Assembly: GCF_001194135.2 (NCBI RefSeq)
Contig: NC_068990.1
Coordinates: 92,734,648 to 92,798,647, forward strand
DNA: 64,000 nt
Source of the DNA: Octopus bimaculoides
Taxonomy: Eukaryota
Direction of reading: 5' to 3'
Shown: piece by piece, positions 63,655-64,000 of the stretch
How positions within the stretch are numbered: the stretch's first letter is position 1
How the letters are laid out: each line of letters starts with the position of its first letter
Position numbers and translations under genes: made by a program
The notes under the pieces: generated by a model
The model's input: the letters and a program-made list of their open reading frames with translations, nothing else
Databases searched by the model: none
Told to the model about the DNA's origin: nothing

Positions 63655-64000
63655 AAGAGAATGAATGGGAGAAAGAGAGCCTGCCTTATGTCGACCCAAT
63701 AGAGGGACCAGCTATCCGAGTTGATAGTACCAGGGTAGATAAAGCAATTAAGAGTATGAAGACCGGGAAAGCCCCCGGCCCATCAGGAATCACTGCAGAG
63801 ATGCTCAAAATATCTGGCAGTGTTGGCTATAGCCTAGTCACCCGTATTACGAACCAGGTGATACACGAAGGAGTCATACCCTATGACTGGTGTAGCAGCA
63901 TCATAGTCAACTGCTACAAAGGTAAAGGGGACGCTTTAGATACAAATAATTACAGAGGCATCAGGCTGTTAGATCAGGTTATGAAAGTTACAGAGAGGGT
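63655..64000 (+). mobile_element. RTE LINE RT fragment running off the window end
   Basis: KTGKAPGPSGITAEMLK..PYDWCSSIIVNCYKGKGDALDTNNYRGIRLL. Confidence 0.9.

Overview
Eukaryotic, AT-rich (TA/CA/GA microsatellite-laden), gapped scaffold; the repeat landscape (RTE LINEs with (GAT)n tails, tRNA-derived SINEs, mariner/hAT relics) points to an octopus/coleoid genome (inference). I reconstructed by hand, with GT-AG sites and intron phases checked: (1) two intronless VRK1-like kinase ORFs in convergent inverted orientation (3675-4745 +, 11582-12646 -); (2) CHID1 (11 coding exons, +, 19774-28942, 388 aa); (3) an unidentified spliced gene on the minus strand (core exons 34681-34312, 32374-32138, 30524-30250, possibly extending to 40416); (4) PIGW (7 coding exons, -, 56816-43601, 496 aa). 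Most notable: the VRK pair, whose catalytic cores are ~98% identical while the N-lobe/hinge patches and basic tails have diverged; an array of decoy 3' splice sites, the first with a perfect TACTAAC, in CHID1 intron 4; and the unidentified gene. No rRNA, bona fide tRNA or CRISPR array is seen.
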